Under the pieces are notes generated by a model, which was given only the letters and a program-made list of their open reading frames with translations, searched no databases and was not told the origin of the DNA. Source: Actinomycetota bacterium (lineage in GTDB: Bacteria > Actinomycetota > Actinomycetes > S36-B12 > UBA5976). Taken from it: 58,543 bases of DNA. Numbering within the stretch: position 1 is the stretch's first letter; each line of letters starts with the position of its first letter. Of this stretch, positions 9,363 to 19,301 are shown in pieces. The translations under genes and the position numbers were made by a program. The stretch covers positions 1 through 58,543 of the forward strand of contig CANGDT010000005.1 in NCBI GenBank assembly GCA_947452755.1. Reading direction: 5' to 3'.

Positions 9363-9407
9363 AGTTACAACTTACCCGCCTTCAGGGGCAGGCGGTAATT
9401 CGATATC

Positions 9408-10505
9408 TCAGCCGGCGGTCAGGCGAAGGGCGGCGGCGGCGACCCGTTCGTCACTGGCGGTGAGCGCCACTCGAACGTGAGTATCGCCGGCTGGTCCGTA
9501 GAAACTTCCAGGGGCTACCAAAATGCCTAATTCTGAGAGTTCATCGACGGTCGTGCGGCAGTTGTCACCGCGGGTAGCCCACAAGTACAAACCAGCTTGT
9601 GAATGATCAATGGTGAATCCCGCTGATGTGAGGGCCGTGTGAAGTACATCACGCCGCGCAGAATATCGGGCTTTTTGTACAGCGACATGTGCGTCGTCAT
9701 TTAAAGCAGCGATGCTGGCAGCTTGCACGGGGAATGGCATCAACAAGCCCGCATGCTTGCGGAATCCCACAACAGACTTGATGAGGTTGTCATCACCGAT
9801 CATTGCTCCTGAACGGTACCCAGCAAGATTGGATCTCTTCGACAACGAAAAAAGTGCAGCAATGCCAGTCAGGTCGCCGCCGTTGACGCGCGGGTCAAGA
9901 ACTGAAACTGGTTCGGCGGTCCAACCAAGTTCCACGTAACATTCATCGCTAATTACAGTTGCCTGAATCAAACGGGCACGATCAACAATTGCCTTAAGTG
10001 CGCCAACATCAAGTACTTCACCTGTTGGATTACTTGGCGTATTGATCCAGACAAAATCTGCATTGTCAGGAATATCAGACGCTGTTGTGTACGTGACACA
10101 TTTGGCGCCGACCATTAATGCACCCACCGCATACGTTGGGTAGGCAAGTTCAGGGATTGCGATTGTGTGCGTTGGACCAACACCAAGCGCGAATGGCAAA
10201 AGTGCCACAAGTTCTTTGGAGCCAATTGAAATTGCTACGTGAGATTCTGCGACATGCGCATTCAAAATTCGATTAGCCCAGTTCGCCCACGCATTTCGAA
10301 GATCAAGAGTTCCAGCCGCAGTTGGATAGCCAGGTGCATTGGAGGCATCGCGAAGTGCTTCTTGAATAAAGAGTGGACTGTCGTCAATTGGTGTCCCAAT
10401 CGACAGATCAACTATTCCGCCGGCATGTGCACGTGCGCGAGCACCGGCGTCAGCAATTGTGTCCCAAGGGAAATCCGGCAGGCCATCGGCAAGCGGAGAA
10501 ATCAA
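9408..10505 (-). CDS. dapC: Succinyldiaminopimelate aminotransferase (class I/II PLP aminotransferase)
   Basis: SLSKRSNLAGYR PLP-lysine region. The TTG start abuts the ferredoxin stop (TAATTG). The fdx-dapC pairing is conserved in actinobacteria. Confidence 0.75.
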   Translation of the reverse strand: MISPLADGLPDFPWDTIADAGARARAHAGGIVDLSIGTPIDDSPLFIQEALRDASNAPGYPTAAGTLDLRNAWANWANRILNAHVAESHVAISIGSKELVALLPFALGVGPTHTIAIPELAYPTYAVGALMVGAKCVTYTTASDIPDNADFVWINTPSNPTGEVLDVGALKAIVDRARLIQATVISDECYVELGWTAEPVSVLDPRVNGGDLTGIAALFSLSKRSNLAGYRSGAMIGDDNLIKSVVGFRKHAGLLMPFPVQAASIAALNDDAHVAVQKARYSARRDVLHTALTSAGFTIDHSQAGLYLWATRGDNCRTTVDELSELGILVAPGSFYGPAGDTHVRVALTASDERVAAAALRLTAG

Positions 10506-10826
10506 TTAGTGCTCTTGAGTTGGAAGCGAAGCAACTGATTCCGGATCGTTGCTTGTCTTACCAGTCTTAGCTGCACCACCAGGTGAACCAAGTGTTGAGA
10601 AAAATTCGACGTTAGCTGCAGTGAAAGAAGCTTGTTCGGCAGGAACATCATCTTCGTAGTAGATCGCTTCAACAGGACACACTGGTTCGCATGCTCCACA
10701 GTCAACACACTCGTCTGCCTGGATGTACATCATGCGGTCACCTTCGTAGATGCAATCTACTGGGCATTCTTCAACGCATGCCTTGTCCTTGAGATCAACG
10801 CAAGGCAGAGTGATGACGTAGGTCAC
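10506..10826 (-). CDS. fdxA: 7Fe ferredoxin (3Fe-4S plus 4Fe-4S)
   Basis: VTYVITLPCVDLKDKACVEECPVDCIYEG ... CVDCGACEPVCPVEAI. GTG start at 10826 with a GGAGG SD 4 nt upstream. Confidence 0.9.
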   Translation of the reverse strand: MTYVITLPCVDLKDKACVEECPVDCIYEGDRMMYIQADECVDCGACEPVCPVEAIYYEDDVPAEQASFTAANVEFFSTLGSPGGAAKTGKTSNDPESVASLPTQEH

Positions 10827-10945
10827 GGGTCCTCCAAAGTCAGTGCGCAACTCTGCGCGGCTTCCCTTAACCGTACAACGTGTTGGCTAGATTTGCGCGA
10901 TTGAGTCCGCTTTTTCTTAACCCTTAGCCACAGTCGTCCCGAACT

Positions 10946-12679
10946 CTAGGACCTAGAAGGTGAAGGCTTAGGTGTCGGAGACGGACTGGCTTTTCGACAA
11001 ATCACATTTGTCGATGGTGAATAGACAGTCTTAAACGGTTCCGTGGAAGCAACAATGCCAGCTTTGGTCACAACTCTTGTCACGGTAATGCTGAAACCGT
11101 TGACCCCAGGCTGGACGATGCATTGTGGGTCAGTGCTGATGATGGTCTTGTACGGTGTGACATTTGTGCGCGGTGAACTTGTGGATTCAACTTTGTCATA
11201 GGTCTTAGTCCCGTACATAGTGACGGTTATTGACGAGTTCGTCATTGCGGTCACAATTAACACACCGGACTTTTCTGGATTCTTCCACTTCAAGTCCAGG
11301 CTCCCCCACGAAACGGTTGCTTCTAATCCAGGCTGGTATCGGGCAATCCAGAATGAATGCGCACGTTGTTCAACTCGAACCATATTTGCGTAGAACGCCG
11401 CATGCCACACCGCAGTTGTTGCAGTCGATACACCGCCACCGAGATCTTCGTGGAATAGTCCGTCGCCGCCAATGATGAATCCCTTGGTGTAACCATTGGC
11501 TTCCGTACGTTCCAGGACCGTGTCATTCATTGAGAACGTCTCGCCTGGTTGAACAATTGTTCCATTGAGATACTTTGCCGCTTGTCCAATGTTTTGAACA
11601 CGGTATGCCGCGTAAGGAAAATGCTGTGTGAACGTGCTCAACACATCTGTGATGCCAAGGGCCTTAGCCTCTTCGGTGGTGAAATCTGGCTGAACTATTG
11701 CAAGCGGTATCACCACAGTGCGTGAGTTCAAGTCGGTGATAACACTTGCAACCGAAGCGGCGAGTTTTTCCGGTGTCGTTCCTCTTCCCGCCACACCAGG
11801 GACAACCACTGGCTTACCGTTAACAATTTTAAAGGTCGCATCCACTGGACCTTGAGGAAATGCTCCAGAAATTTCTTTCAAAGATGCGAATAACTTCTCG
11901 CCGTCAACGCCTGGAACGAACTTCCCATCTTTATAGGTAAACGACACAGCCGATTTGAGTTGAGCAGGTGTCAACGATGTGGAAACACCACCAATTGACA
12001 CAATCACCGGAACACTGACCGCCGACATCGCTGCACCGAGATAATCTGTTGCCACAGTGGCGGGGTGTGGCTGAGTAATTTGGACCGGCACAACAAGTGC
12101 ATCGGCAGACGAAGTCATGTAGTTATTGCGAATGAGTTCGAGCGCCTTGGCTTCATCCAAGACGACACCCGGTTTTCCGGCAACAACAGTGCCTTGACCA
12201 TCTAGAAACACAATCGATGGCTCAGTTGCCGCAACTGTTGTATTCGTCGCCAAACCATGAACTGCTGCCATCAATTTGCTTTCATCGATGTCGATCACGA
12301 GGTTGGTTTCGCCACCTCCGCGCAATCGCTTAATCAAAGTGATTGGGTTTGCCGTTTTAGCTGAAAGCTCATCGATAGTTCTACTTATGTTTATGCCGAG
12401 GCCTGCTGTTGCCGGATCTACGCTGACATTTTTGTCATTGACCTTGAGCTCGATAGGGGCAGTTGCCAATTCGCCTAATGCAGACTGCAATTTTTCTTTT
12501 GCCTGCACTGGGGACAAGCCATCCAGCGAAATTCCTGCCACGCTTGTGTTGGCAGGAACGACACCTGATGTCTTGATAATCAGCGCCACATAGGTTGCCG
12601 CCACAACAAGTAGGCCAATCGCGACGCCAAGAATCCATCGTGGGCGCTTACGTGTCGTGTCGTGTCCATACTCAGTCAT
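10946..12679 (-). CDS. VanW/YoaR-like membrane-anchored cell-wall protein
   Basis: N-terminal TM helix (WILGVAIGLLVVAATYVALII) and a VanW-like core. The C-terminus is G5-like and ends in a Pro/Ser-rich tail. Start at ATG 12679 overlaps the upstream gene's stop by 8 nt. Confidence 0.7.
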   Translation of the reverse strand: MTEYGHDTTRKRPRWILGVAIGLLVVAATYVALIIKTSGVVPANTSVAGISLDGLSPVQAKEKLQSALGELATAPIELKVNDKNVSVDPATAGLGINISRTIDELSAKTANPITLIKRLRGGGETNLVIDIDESKLMAAVHGLATNTTVAATEPSIVFLDGQGTVVAGKPGVVLDEAKALELIRNNYMTSSADALVVPVQITQPHPATVATDYLGAAMSAVSVPVIVSIGGVSTSLTPAQLKSAVSFTYKDGKFVPGVDGEKLFASLKEISGAFPQGPVDATFKIVNGKPVVVPGVAGRGTTPEKLAASVASVITDLNSRTVVIPLAIVQPDFTTEEAKALGITDVLSTFTQHFPYAAYRVQNIGQAAKYLNGTIVQPGETFSMNDTVLERTEANGYTKGFIIGGDGLFHEDLGGGVSTATTAVWHAAFYANMVRVEQRAHSFWIARYQPGLEATVSWGSLDLKWKNPEKSGVLIVTAMTNSSITVTMYGTKTYDKVESTSSPRTNVTPYKTIISTDPQCIVQPGVNGFSITVTRVVTKAGIVASTEPFKTVYSPSTNVICRKASPSPTPKPSPSRS

Positions 12680-13091
12680 TGAAAGTCGATTCTTGATTTT
12701 CGATTTGTATATCTTGACGGGTGTACATAGGCACTTTGGTTTGTGACAGCGGAGGTAACGAGCACACCATGCCGCCAAGTATTGCTGTCGCAAATAAGTA
12801 TGTGGTCGAGTACCACGTTTTAAAAATTATTTGATCAGAATCTGGTTTAGCCATAGCAAAATAAAAAGTGAACACAACCCACACGCTGACCAAACCCACA
12901 GCCGCTAGGCGCGTTTGAAATGCTCGCGCTAACCACAGCGCAGAAAGAATCACCATTGAGACAGCCAGCACCATTCCATACGGAACAAGGTGCCCAGAAA
13001 TATAGATTCGATCTGCCTGAACAAAACCAGCAAGTACAGCTAGTCCGAATCCGGCAATCATGCCAGTAAGTAGTGCGCCTAACTTCTTCAC
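12672..13091 (-). CDS. Small integral membrane protein (4 predicted TM helices)
   Basis: Hydrophobic 139-aa ORF whose GTG start overlaps the mshB stop (GTGA). It occupies the same position as the conserved membrane protein downstream of mshB in mycobacteria. Confidence 0.6.
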   Translation of the reverse strand: MKKLGALLTGMIAGFGLAVLAGFVQADRIYISGHLVPYGMVLAVSMVILSALWLARAFQTRLAAVGLVSVWVVFTFYFAMAKPDSDQIIFKTWYSTTYLFATAILGGMVCSLPPLSQTKVPMYTRQDIQIENQESTFND

Positions 13092-13975
13092 TCTGAGTCC
13101 AGTCCTGCGAAGACATCTGTCTCATGACCTTCGGCATCGAACGGGCCAGCCTTGGCCCCGCGAACAAGTCGGTAATACTCAGTACCTAGTACTTGCGCAC
13201 CGAGGTTATTGGACAAGGCAAAGAAACCTTCGTCAGCGCTGATTTGCGTTGCATGTGCGCGCAGAGCAGCAGTTTTCTTATCCACATAGGTGCTTCCATC
13301 TATATACGTAGTCACGAATTCATCGGGACACGCAAATGGCAGGTCATCGGGATCCTGTGCAGCAAATCCAGATTGGTCACCGGCTGCTTTCAACATCTCG
13401 ATCCCAGCACGCATGACACTTACTGGGAAAGCAGTCCAATAGATTTTTGAAATCGACCAAGGATTGCCAAGGTCAGGTGCGAAACTTTCCGCCTCCGCCA
13501 GCGCAACTGCATATGTGGCCACACGATGAGCTTGAATATGATCTGGATGGCCATACCCGCCAAAGTCGTCGTATGTGATTAAAACTTGTGGTCGTACTTC
13601 GCGAATGATTTTTACTAGGTGGCGCGCAGCATTCAGTAAATCGCTATTCCAAAAATTGTCGGGGCGTGCATTTGGCTCAGTACCAATCATTCCGCTATCT
13701 CGAAATGCACCTGGCCCACCAAGGAGTCGCCAATCAGTAACTCCCAGCGCAGACATCGCCGATGCAAGCTCACCATGGCGATGGGTTCCAAGTTGGTCAT
13801 CATGCTGGGCTGCTAACTGCGCCAGGTCAGGAACTAAAACTTCGCCTTCTTCGCCAAGCGTGCAAGTAACCAATGTCACCGAAGCGCCCTCGGCAACATA
13901 CTTCGCCATGGTGGCACCGCATCCGATGGTTTCATCATCCGGGTGGGCGTGCACAAGCAACAAGCGACGATCCAT
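13088..13975 (-). CDS. mshB: Mycothiol biosynthesis deacetylase MshB (LmbE family)
   Basis: [26 protein letters not shown]; LmbE metal-binding motifs. Start trimmed to ATG 13975. Confidence 0.85.
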   Translation of the reverse strand: MDRRLLLVHAHPDDETIGCGATMAKYVAEGASVTLVTCTLGEEGEVLVPDLAQLAAQHDDQLGTHRHGELASAMSALGVTDWRLLGGPGAFRDSGMIGTEPNARPDNFWNSDLLNAARHLVKIIREVRPQVLITYDDFGGYGHPDHIQAHRVATYAVALAEAESFAPDLGNPWSISKIYWTAFPVSVMRAGIEMLKAAGDQSGFAAQDPDDLPFACPDEFVTTYIDGSTYVDKKTAALRAHATQISADEGFFALSNNLGAQVLGTEYYRLVRGAKAGPFDAEGHETDVFAGLDSE

Positions 13976-14050
13976 AGGACAACCATACGAGACGCCAAGT
14001 GGATACCTTTCAACCATCCATCGAGTCGTAAATAGTGGCAAGATTGCGAT

Positions 14051-16138
14051 GTGACTGAGACATTCCCACGGCAAAAGGCTGCGACTCGTAATTTCCAACT
14101 TGGAGCACCGAGAACATTCCACATCAATGCCGACGCAACACTGGTTTCCTTTCTGCGAAGCGATCACGGCCGCGATGCCGTGAACTCGCTTTGGGTTTAT
14201 GACATTGCGCAGAACATCGAACGCAAGGTGGCAGATGCCCGCGCGCTCGTTACTGGCTCTGAGGACGTACCTGACGCAGAACGTGCGCGTCGTGAGCGCA
14301 TGCGCGAAACAACAGCGGGTATCACTTCTTACAGCGTGGACAGCACGGGAAATGCTGTTTCATTTGCGCTATCTGGTCAGTTGTATACAGGTGACCTCAC
14401 CACTGGCAGTTTCATCGGGCTCGATGTCACCGGACCAATCATTGATCCACACACCTCCCCAGATGGTTTACACGTCATGTGGTCAACAGGCTCCGAAGTG
14501 CGCATTGCAGATTTCAATGGTGGCAATGAACGCGTGATTGCCCACGATGGAGCCGAAAACGTCACATGGGGTTTAGCTGACTTTGTTGCCGCTGAAGAAC
14601 TCGGTCGTATGAACGGAATGTGGTGGTCGCCGTCCAGCGCCGAAGTTTTGGTGACTCGTGTCGATGCTTCAACCGTAAATACTTGGTGGATTTCAGATCC
14701 TGCAACACCAGAGAACGCTCCACATGAACAGCGCTACCCAGCGGCAGGAACCCCTAATGCCGATGTGAAGCTATTCCGGATTGCACTAAACGGCAATAAG
14801 ACGGAGCTCACCTGGGATCGCGAGACTTTTGAATACTTGGTGCGCGTTACTTGGCAGGAAAATCACGAACCACTTGTCACGTTGTCGAATCGCGAGCAAA
14901 AGCATTTCGAACATTTTTCTGCCATCGCAGATTCTTTAGTGTCAGTTGCTGCCATCACAGATGCAGACTTCATTGACGTAATTCCAGGTCAACCTCGATG
15001 GATTGGCGAAAAACTGCTCACAGTTGTCGACAATGTAGTGAGCGATACTCGCGAGCTTCAACTTTCAGGCGAGACCGTTTCGCCTCAGGGTTTGCAGGTC
15101 ATGTCCGTGCTCTCCGCCGACGACGAGGCAATCCACGCCATCGTGACTGACAACGCGCTCGACCGCCGCGTTGCTCGCATTGCACTCGATGGCTCGGTTA
15201 CCTTCCTCACAGAGGATGGCGTGGCCAGCGCATCGGCACCTACGTCCCATGACAATAAGAACTTTCAGATTGTGTCGCAGAGTCGGCTTGCCAACCATTC
15301 ACGTTCATGGACACTCAGGTGTGAGGGCAAAGCAATCCACGAGTTCGACTCGCACGCAGAATCGCCGTCGCTACGCCCGAACGTGACCTATCTCCAGACC
15401 GGCCCACACAACGTTCACACCGCGGTGCTCTTTCCTGCTCATCATGTTCCAGGTAGCACAAAGCTTCCCATTCTCGTGCGCCCTTACGGTGGACCACACG
15501 GCGCACAAGTGCTCAATTCGGCATTAATTTACGCCGAGGATCAATGGTTCGCTGACCAGGGATATTGCGTGGTCATTGCAGACAATCGAGGGACTCCTGG
15601 ACGCGGGCCTGTCTGGGATCGGTCAATCACCAACGATTTTGTGCAACCAGTCCTCGACGATCAAGTTTCTGCTGTTCAAGCAGTCGGCGCGCATTTCCCC
15701 GAAGACGTAGATCTAGACCGGGTAGGAATCACAGGTTGGTCATTTGGTGGCTACCTGGCGGCGCTGGCAGTTCTGGAACGCCCGGATGTATTCCACGCAG
15801 CAGTTGCAGGAGCGCCTGTTATTGAGTGGAAGTGGTACGACACCGGATACACGGAGCGATACCTTGGCAATCCCACCACTGCCGAAGATGTGTACCACCA
15901 CAATTCCTTATTGTGGCGAGCAGAACACCTGAAACGACCACTGATGTTGGTTCATGGGCTGGCAGATGACAATGTCGTCGTTGCGCATACTTTGCGTTTG
16001 TCTAGTGAACTTCTCGCACACGGTAAGGCGCACACAGTGTTGCCACTGTCAGGTGTCACTCACATGACGCCACAGGAAATTGTTGCTGAAAACCTGATGC
16101 TGTTGAGCGTTGAGTTTTTCAACACTCAACTTGGCTAG
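14051..16138 (+). CDS. S9-family dipeptidyl aminopeptidase/prolyl oligopeptidase
   Basis: N-terminal beta-propeller-like region. The C-terminal alpha/beta hydrolase has the GWSFGGY nucleophile elbow and the distal D/H region (HGLADDNV ... GVTH). Confidence 0.85.
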   Translation: MTETFPRQKAATRNFQLGAPRTFHINADATLVSFLRSDHGRDAVNSLWVYDIAQNIERKVADARALVTGSEDVPDAERARRERMRETTAGITSYSVDSTGNAVSFALSGQLYTGDLTTGSFIGLDVTGPIIDPHTSPDGLHVMWSTGSEVRIADFNGGNERVIAHDGAENVTWGLADFVAAEELGRMNGMWWSPSSAEVLVTRVDASTVNTWWISDPATPENAPHEQRYPAAGTPNADVKLFRIALNGNKTELTWDRETFEYLVRVTWQENHEPLVTLSNREQKHFEHFSAIADSLVSVAAITDADFIDVIPGQPRWIGEKLLTVVDNVVSDTRELQLSGETVSPQGLQVMSVLSADDEAIHAIVTDNALDRRVARIALDGSVTFLTEDGVASASAPTSHDNKNFQIVSQSRLANHSRSWTLRCEGKAIHEFDSHAESPSLRPNVTYLQTGPHNVHTAVLFPAHHVPGSTKLPILVRPYGGPHGAQVLNSALIYAEDQWFADQGYCVVIADNRGTPGRGPVWDRSITNDFVQPVLDDQVSAVQAVGAHFPEDVDLDRVGITGWSFGGYLAALAVLERPDVFHAAVAGAPVIEWKWYDTGYTERYLGNPTTAEDVYHHNSLLWRAEHLKRPLMLVHGLADDNVVVAHTLRLSSELLAHGKAHTVLPLSGVTHMTPQEIVAENLMLLSVEFFNTQLG

Positions 16139-16141
16139 TAC

Positions 16142-17188
16142 TTAGTTTTCAGAAAAGTCAGAGCCAGTTGCTGGCGCCGTCATTGCTGCGGCGTTCAAGC
16201 CACCCGTTTCTGGGAAGTGACAGGCAACTTTGTGCCCCGCAGATATTTCACGCAAGACAGGTGCTTCACTGAAACAACGGTCTTGAGCCTTCCAGCACCG
16301 TGTGTTGAAAACACAGCCTGCTGGCGGGTTGCTCGGACTAGGCAAATCACCGGTAAGGATGATGCGCTCGCGGGCACGTTCGCGGTCTGGGTCTGCAATT
16401 GGCACTGCCGACAACAACGCATGTGTGTATGGGTGAACAGGTGCGGTGTACAACAACTCGCGAGGTGCGGATTCCATAATCTTGCCGAGGTACATCACAG
16501 CAACACGATCCGAAATATGTCGAACTACCGAAAGATCATGGGCCACGAAAACGTAGGCAATGCCGAATTCATCCTGAATGTCCTCCAGGAGATTCAACAC
16601 CTGAGCTTGGATAGATACATCCAGAGCGGATACCGGCTCGTCGCAGACAATCAGCTTGGGCTTTAACGCAATTGCTCGAGCAATGCCGATACGTTGACGC
16701 TGTCCACCAGAGAACTCACTTGGGTACCGATTGAAGTGCTCGGGATTCAAGCCCACACGTTCCATAAGTTCCTGAACGGTTTTTTGAACTCCGCCTTCGG
16801 GCTTGACGCCTTGGATATCAAATGGCGCACCAATAATTGAACCGATAGTTTGGCGCGGATTCAGCGATGAATACGGATCTTGGAAAATCATCTGCATTTC
16901 GCGACGAAGCGGAACAAGGTCGCGCTTCTTCATGCGCATAACATCATGACCAGCAAATTCGATCTCGCCGCCAGTCGGTTCGAGCAAACGCAACATGGCA
17001 CGACCCGCGGTCGATTTGCCACATCCGCTTTCGCCCACCAGACCCAGCGTTTCTCCTGGCATGACCTCAAGTGAAATACCATCAACGGCCTTGACATCAC
17101 CAATGTGACGGCGTGAGAAGCCTCGTGAATTGATTGGGAAATACTTTTGCAAATCTCGTACTCGCAAAATTGGTGTCGACTCAGACAT
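16142..17188 (-). CDS. Peptide ABC transporter ATP-binding protein (OppF/DppF-like)
   Basis: Walker [10 protein letters not shown] and signature FSGGQRQR. The C-terminal oligopeptide-transporter extension carries 4 Cys. Confidence 0.9.
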   Translation of the reverse strand: MSESTPILRVRDLQKYFPINSRGFSRRHIGDVKAVDGISLEVMPGETLGLVGESGCGKSTAGRAMLRLLEPTGGEIEFAGHDVMRMKKRDLVPLRREMQMIFQDPYSSLNPRQTIGSIIGAPFDIQGVKPEGGVQKTVQELMERVGLNPEHFNRYPSEFSGGQRQRIGIARAIALKPKLIVCDEPVSALDVSIQAQVLNLLEDIQDEFGIAYVFVAHDLSVVRHISDRVAVMYLGKIMESAPRELLYTAPVHPYTHALLSAVPIADPDRERARERIILTGDLPSPSNPPAGCVFNTRCWKAQDRCFSEAPVLREISAGHKVACHFPETGGLNAAAMTAPATGSDFSEN

Positions 17189-18222
17189 TAATTCGACCTT
17201 CCAATATTTTTTTCCAAGCGGATTGCATCACGTTGCGCCGCAGTGAGGTGACAACGAGCTGAATGCCCAGATGATGTTGTTTCCAAATCTGGTTTTGTAG
17301 TTGCACACAGATTGTTGGGCACTTGGTTTTTGTAGGTGCATCGTGGCGCAAAAACACATCCAGTTGGCATGTTGATCAGCGAAGGCGGGTTGCCAGGGAT
17401 TGGATCAAGGCGCGTGGAATCGACGTGCACCTGAGGAATCGAAGCAAGCAATCCCCAGGTGTATGGCATTTGCGGTTGGTAGAAAATTTCTCGAACAGGT
17501 GCTTGTTCAACTGCACTACCGCCATACATCACCATGACGTCGTCGGCTAGGTCGGCAACCACACCAAGATCGTGGGTGATGAGAACAATTGCCGTTCCAA
17601 ATTCTTTTTGCAGATCGCGCAACAAGTCCAAAATCTGGGCCTGTACCGTCACATCAAGAGCAGTTGTGGGTTCGTCTGCAATAAGAAGCTCTGGGTCATT
17701 AATGAGAGCCATTGCAATCATGACGCGTTGACGCATTCCACCCGAAAGTTGATGAGGATATTCATCCAAGCGCTGTTCGACTGATGGAATACCAACACGA
17801 TCAAGCATTTCCGCAGCACGTTTACGCGCATCCGCATCGCTTACCTTGTTATGAACTTGAACAGCCTCAATAAGCTGATCGCCAATTTTGTAATACGGGT
17901 GCAATGCGCTTAATGGATCCTGAAAAATCATGGCAATGCGACTTCCACGCAGTTTGCGCACATCTTCGGGATCCGCGCCTACTAGCTGCTGCCCATCAAA
18001 TTCGACTTCACCACTGACGTGTGCCGACTTACCACTGAGCAAACCCATGATTGCCAGGCTTGAGACTGACTTGCCTGATCCTGATTCGCCAACGATTGCC
18101 AAGGTTTGACCGCGTCGGACGTCATACGAGACATTACTGACTGCGTTTACTTCGCCGTCTTCGGTGGTGAAAGAAACCGAAAGGTTGCGTACGGACAGGA
18201 GTACTTCGTTTGTCTGTGTCAT
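17188..18222 (-). CDS. Peptide ABC transporter ATP-binding protein (OppD/DppD-like)
   Basis: Walker [10 protein letters not shown] and signature LSGGMRQR. The C-terminal extension carries 4 Cys. Its stop overlaps the next gene's start (TAATG). Confidence 0.9.
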   Translation of the reverse strand: MTQTNEVLLSVRNLSVSFTTEDGEVNAVSNVSYDVRRGQTLAIVGESGSGKSVSSLAIMGLLSGKSAHVSGEVEFDGQQLVGADPEDVRKLRGSRIAMIFQDPLSALHPYYKIGDQLIEAVQVHNKVSDADARKRAAEMLDRVGIPSVEQRLDEYPHQLSGGMRQRVMIAMALINDPELLIADEPTTALDVTVQAQILDLLRDLQKEFGTAIVLITHDLGVVADLADDVMVMYGGSAVEQAPVREIFYQPQMPYTWGLLASIPQVHVDSTRLDPIPGNPPSLINMPTGCVFAPRCTYKNQVPNNLCATTKPDLETTSSGHSARCHLTAAQRDAIRLEKNIGRSN

Positions 18223-19208
18223 GACAACCGCACCCGTGGGTCGATAGCTGCGTACAGCATGTCAACAATCAGGTTCGCGACAATGACAAATGTTGCTGCA
18301 ACAAGCACCGTCGCTGTAATTGTTGGTAGGTCATATTCGGTGACCGCACCGATTGATAAACGACCCAGACCAGGCAAACTAAAAATGTACTCAGTGATGA
18401 CAGCGCCTCCGAGCAAACCAGCAAGGTCAAGGCCTGCCGAAGTCACAATCGGAGTGAGCCCAGCACGGAAGCCGTGCTTGCGGACTACGACAGACTCAGG
18501 AAGTCCCTTCGCCCGTGCGGTGCGAATGTAATCTTCGCTCAACGTTTCCAGCATTTGTGAACGTGTGAGACGGGTGTAGTACGCGGCGTAAAGAATTGCC
18601 AGCGAAATCCACGGAAGGATCATGGTCTGCAGGAACTGCACTGGATTTGTTTGCGGCGCAACGTAATCGGGATAAGGCAAAAGGTGTAAACGAACGACCA
18701 CAAAGATCAGCAAAACCAAGCCGATGAAAAATACTGGAAGCGAATAGCCGACGAGTGCCACACCCATGATGACTCGGTCTTGCCATTCAGTGTGGTGCTT
18801 TGCCGCATAAATACCGGAGAGAATTCCGAAAACCATCCACAAAACAAATGCGCCGAGCGCTAAGTAAATTGTGATTGGAAGGGCTGCCTTGATCATGACA
18901 GTTACTTCTTCACCGTTGCGGAATGAATACCCAAGGCATGGTGCATTGCATGGGAAGGTTTGAGTCCCAGAACCGTACGTGCGACCCACAAAAATTGCTT
19001 TGATCCAATCGATGTACTGAACGTAAAGCGGTTGGTCTAGTCCGAGTCGAATTCGGTTTGCCGCAACGAGTTCGGGCGTACAGCTCTTGCCACACGTCAA
19101 CATCGCAGGATCAGTTGGAACTGCATTAAAAAGCAAGAAAGTCACAATGCTCAGCAACGTCAACATCACGACCATAAGGCCGAGGCGTCGAATGATGTAG
19201 GGAAACAT
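18219..19208 (-). CDS. Peptide ABC transporter permease (OppB/DppB-like)
   Basis: MFPYIIRRLGLMVVML... is a typical OppB N-terminus. Start at ATG 19208 with a GGAAGGAA SD. ATGA overlap with the downstream ATPase gene. Confidence 0.9.
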   Translation of the reverse strand: MFPYIIRRLGLMVVMLTLLSIVTFLLFNAVPTDPAMLTCGKSCTPELVAANRIRLGLDQPLYVQYIDWIKAIFVGRTYGSGTQTFPCNAPCLGYSFRNGEEVTVMIKAALPITIYLALGAFVLWMVFGILSGIYAAKHHTEWQDRVIMGVALVGYSLPVFFIGLVLLIFVVVRLHLLPYPDYVAPQTNPVQFLQTMILPWISLAILYAAYYTRLTRSQMLETLSEDYIRTARAKGLPESVVVRKHGFRAGLTPIVTSAGLDLAGLLGGAVITEYIFSLPGLGRLSIGAVTEYDLPTITATVLVAATFVIVANLIVDMLYAAIDPRVRLS

Positions 19209-19254
19209 GTGTTCCTTCCGCTGCTGAGTGTGACTGGTGGAGCTAGTAGTAGCC

Positions 19255-19286
19255 GGATGTGTGGGTACCGAAGCACCCACACATCC
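19255..19286 (-). other. Intercistronic stem-loop (perfect 12-bp stem, 8-nt loop) downstream of the binding-protein gene
   Basis: ggatgtgtgggt accgaagc acccacacatcc. No U-tract follows. It lies 16 nt after the SBP stop and 47 nt before the permease start. Confidence 0.6.
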
Positions 19287-19301
19287 GAACTAACTAGTTA
19301 G

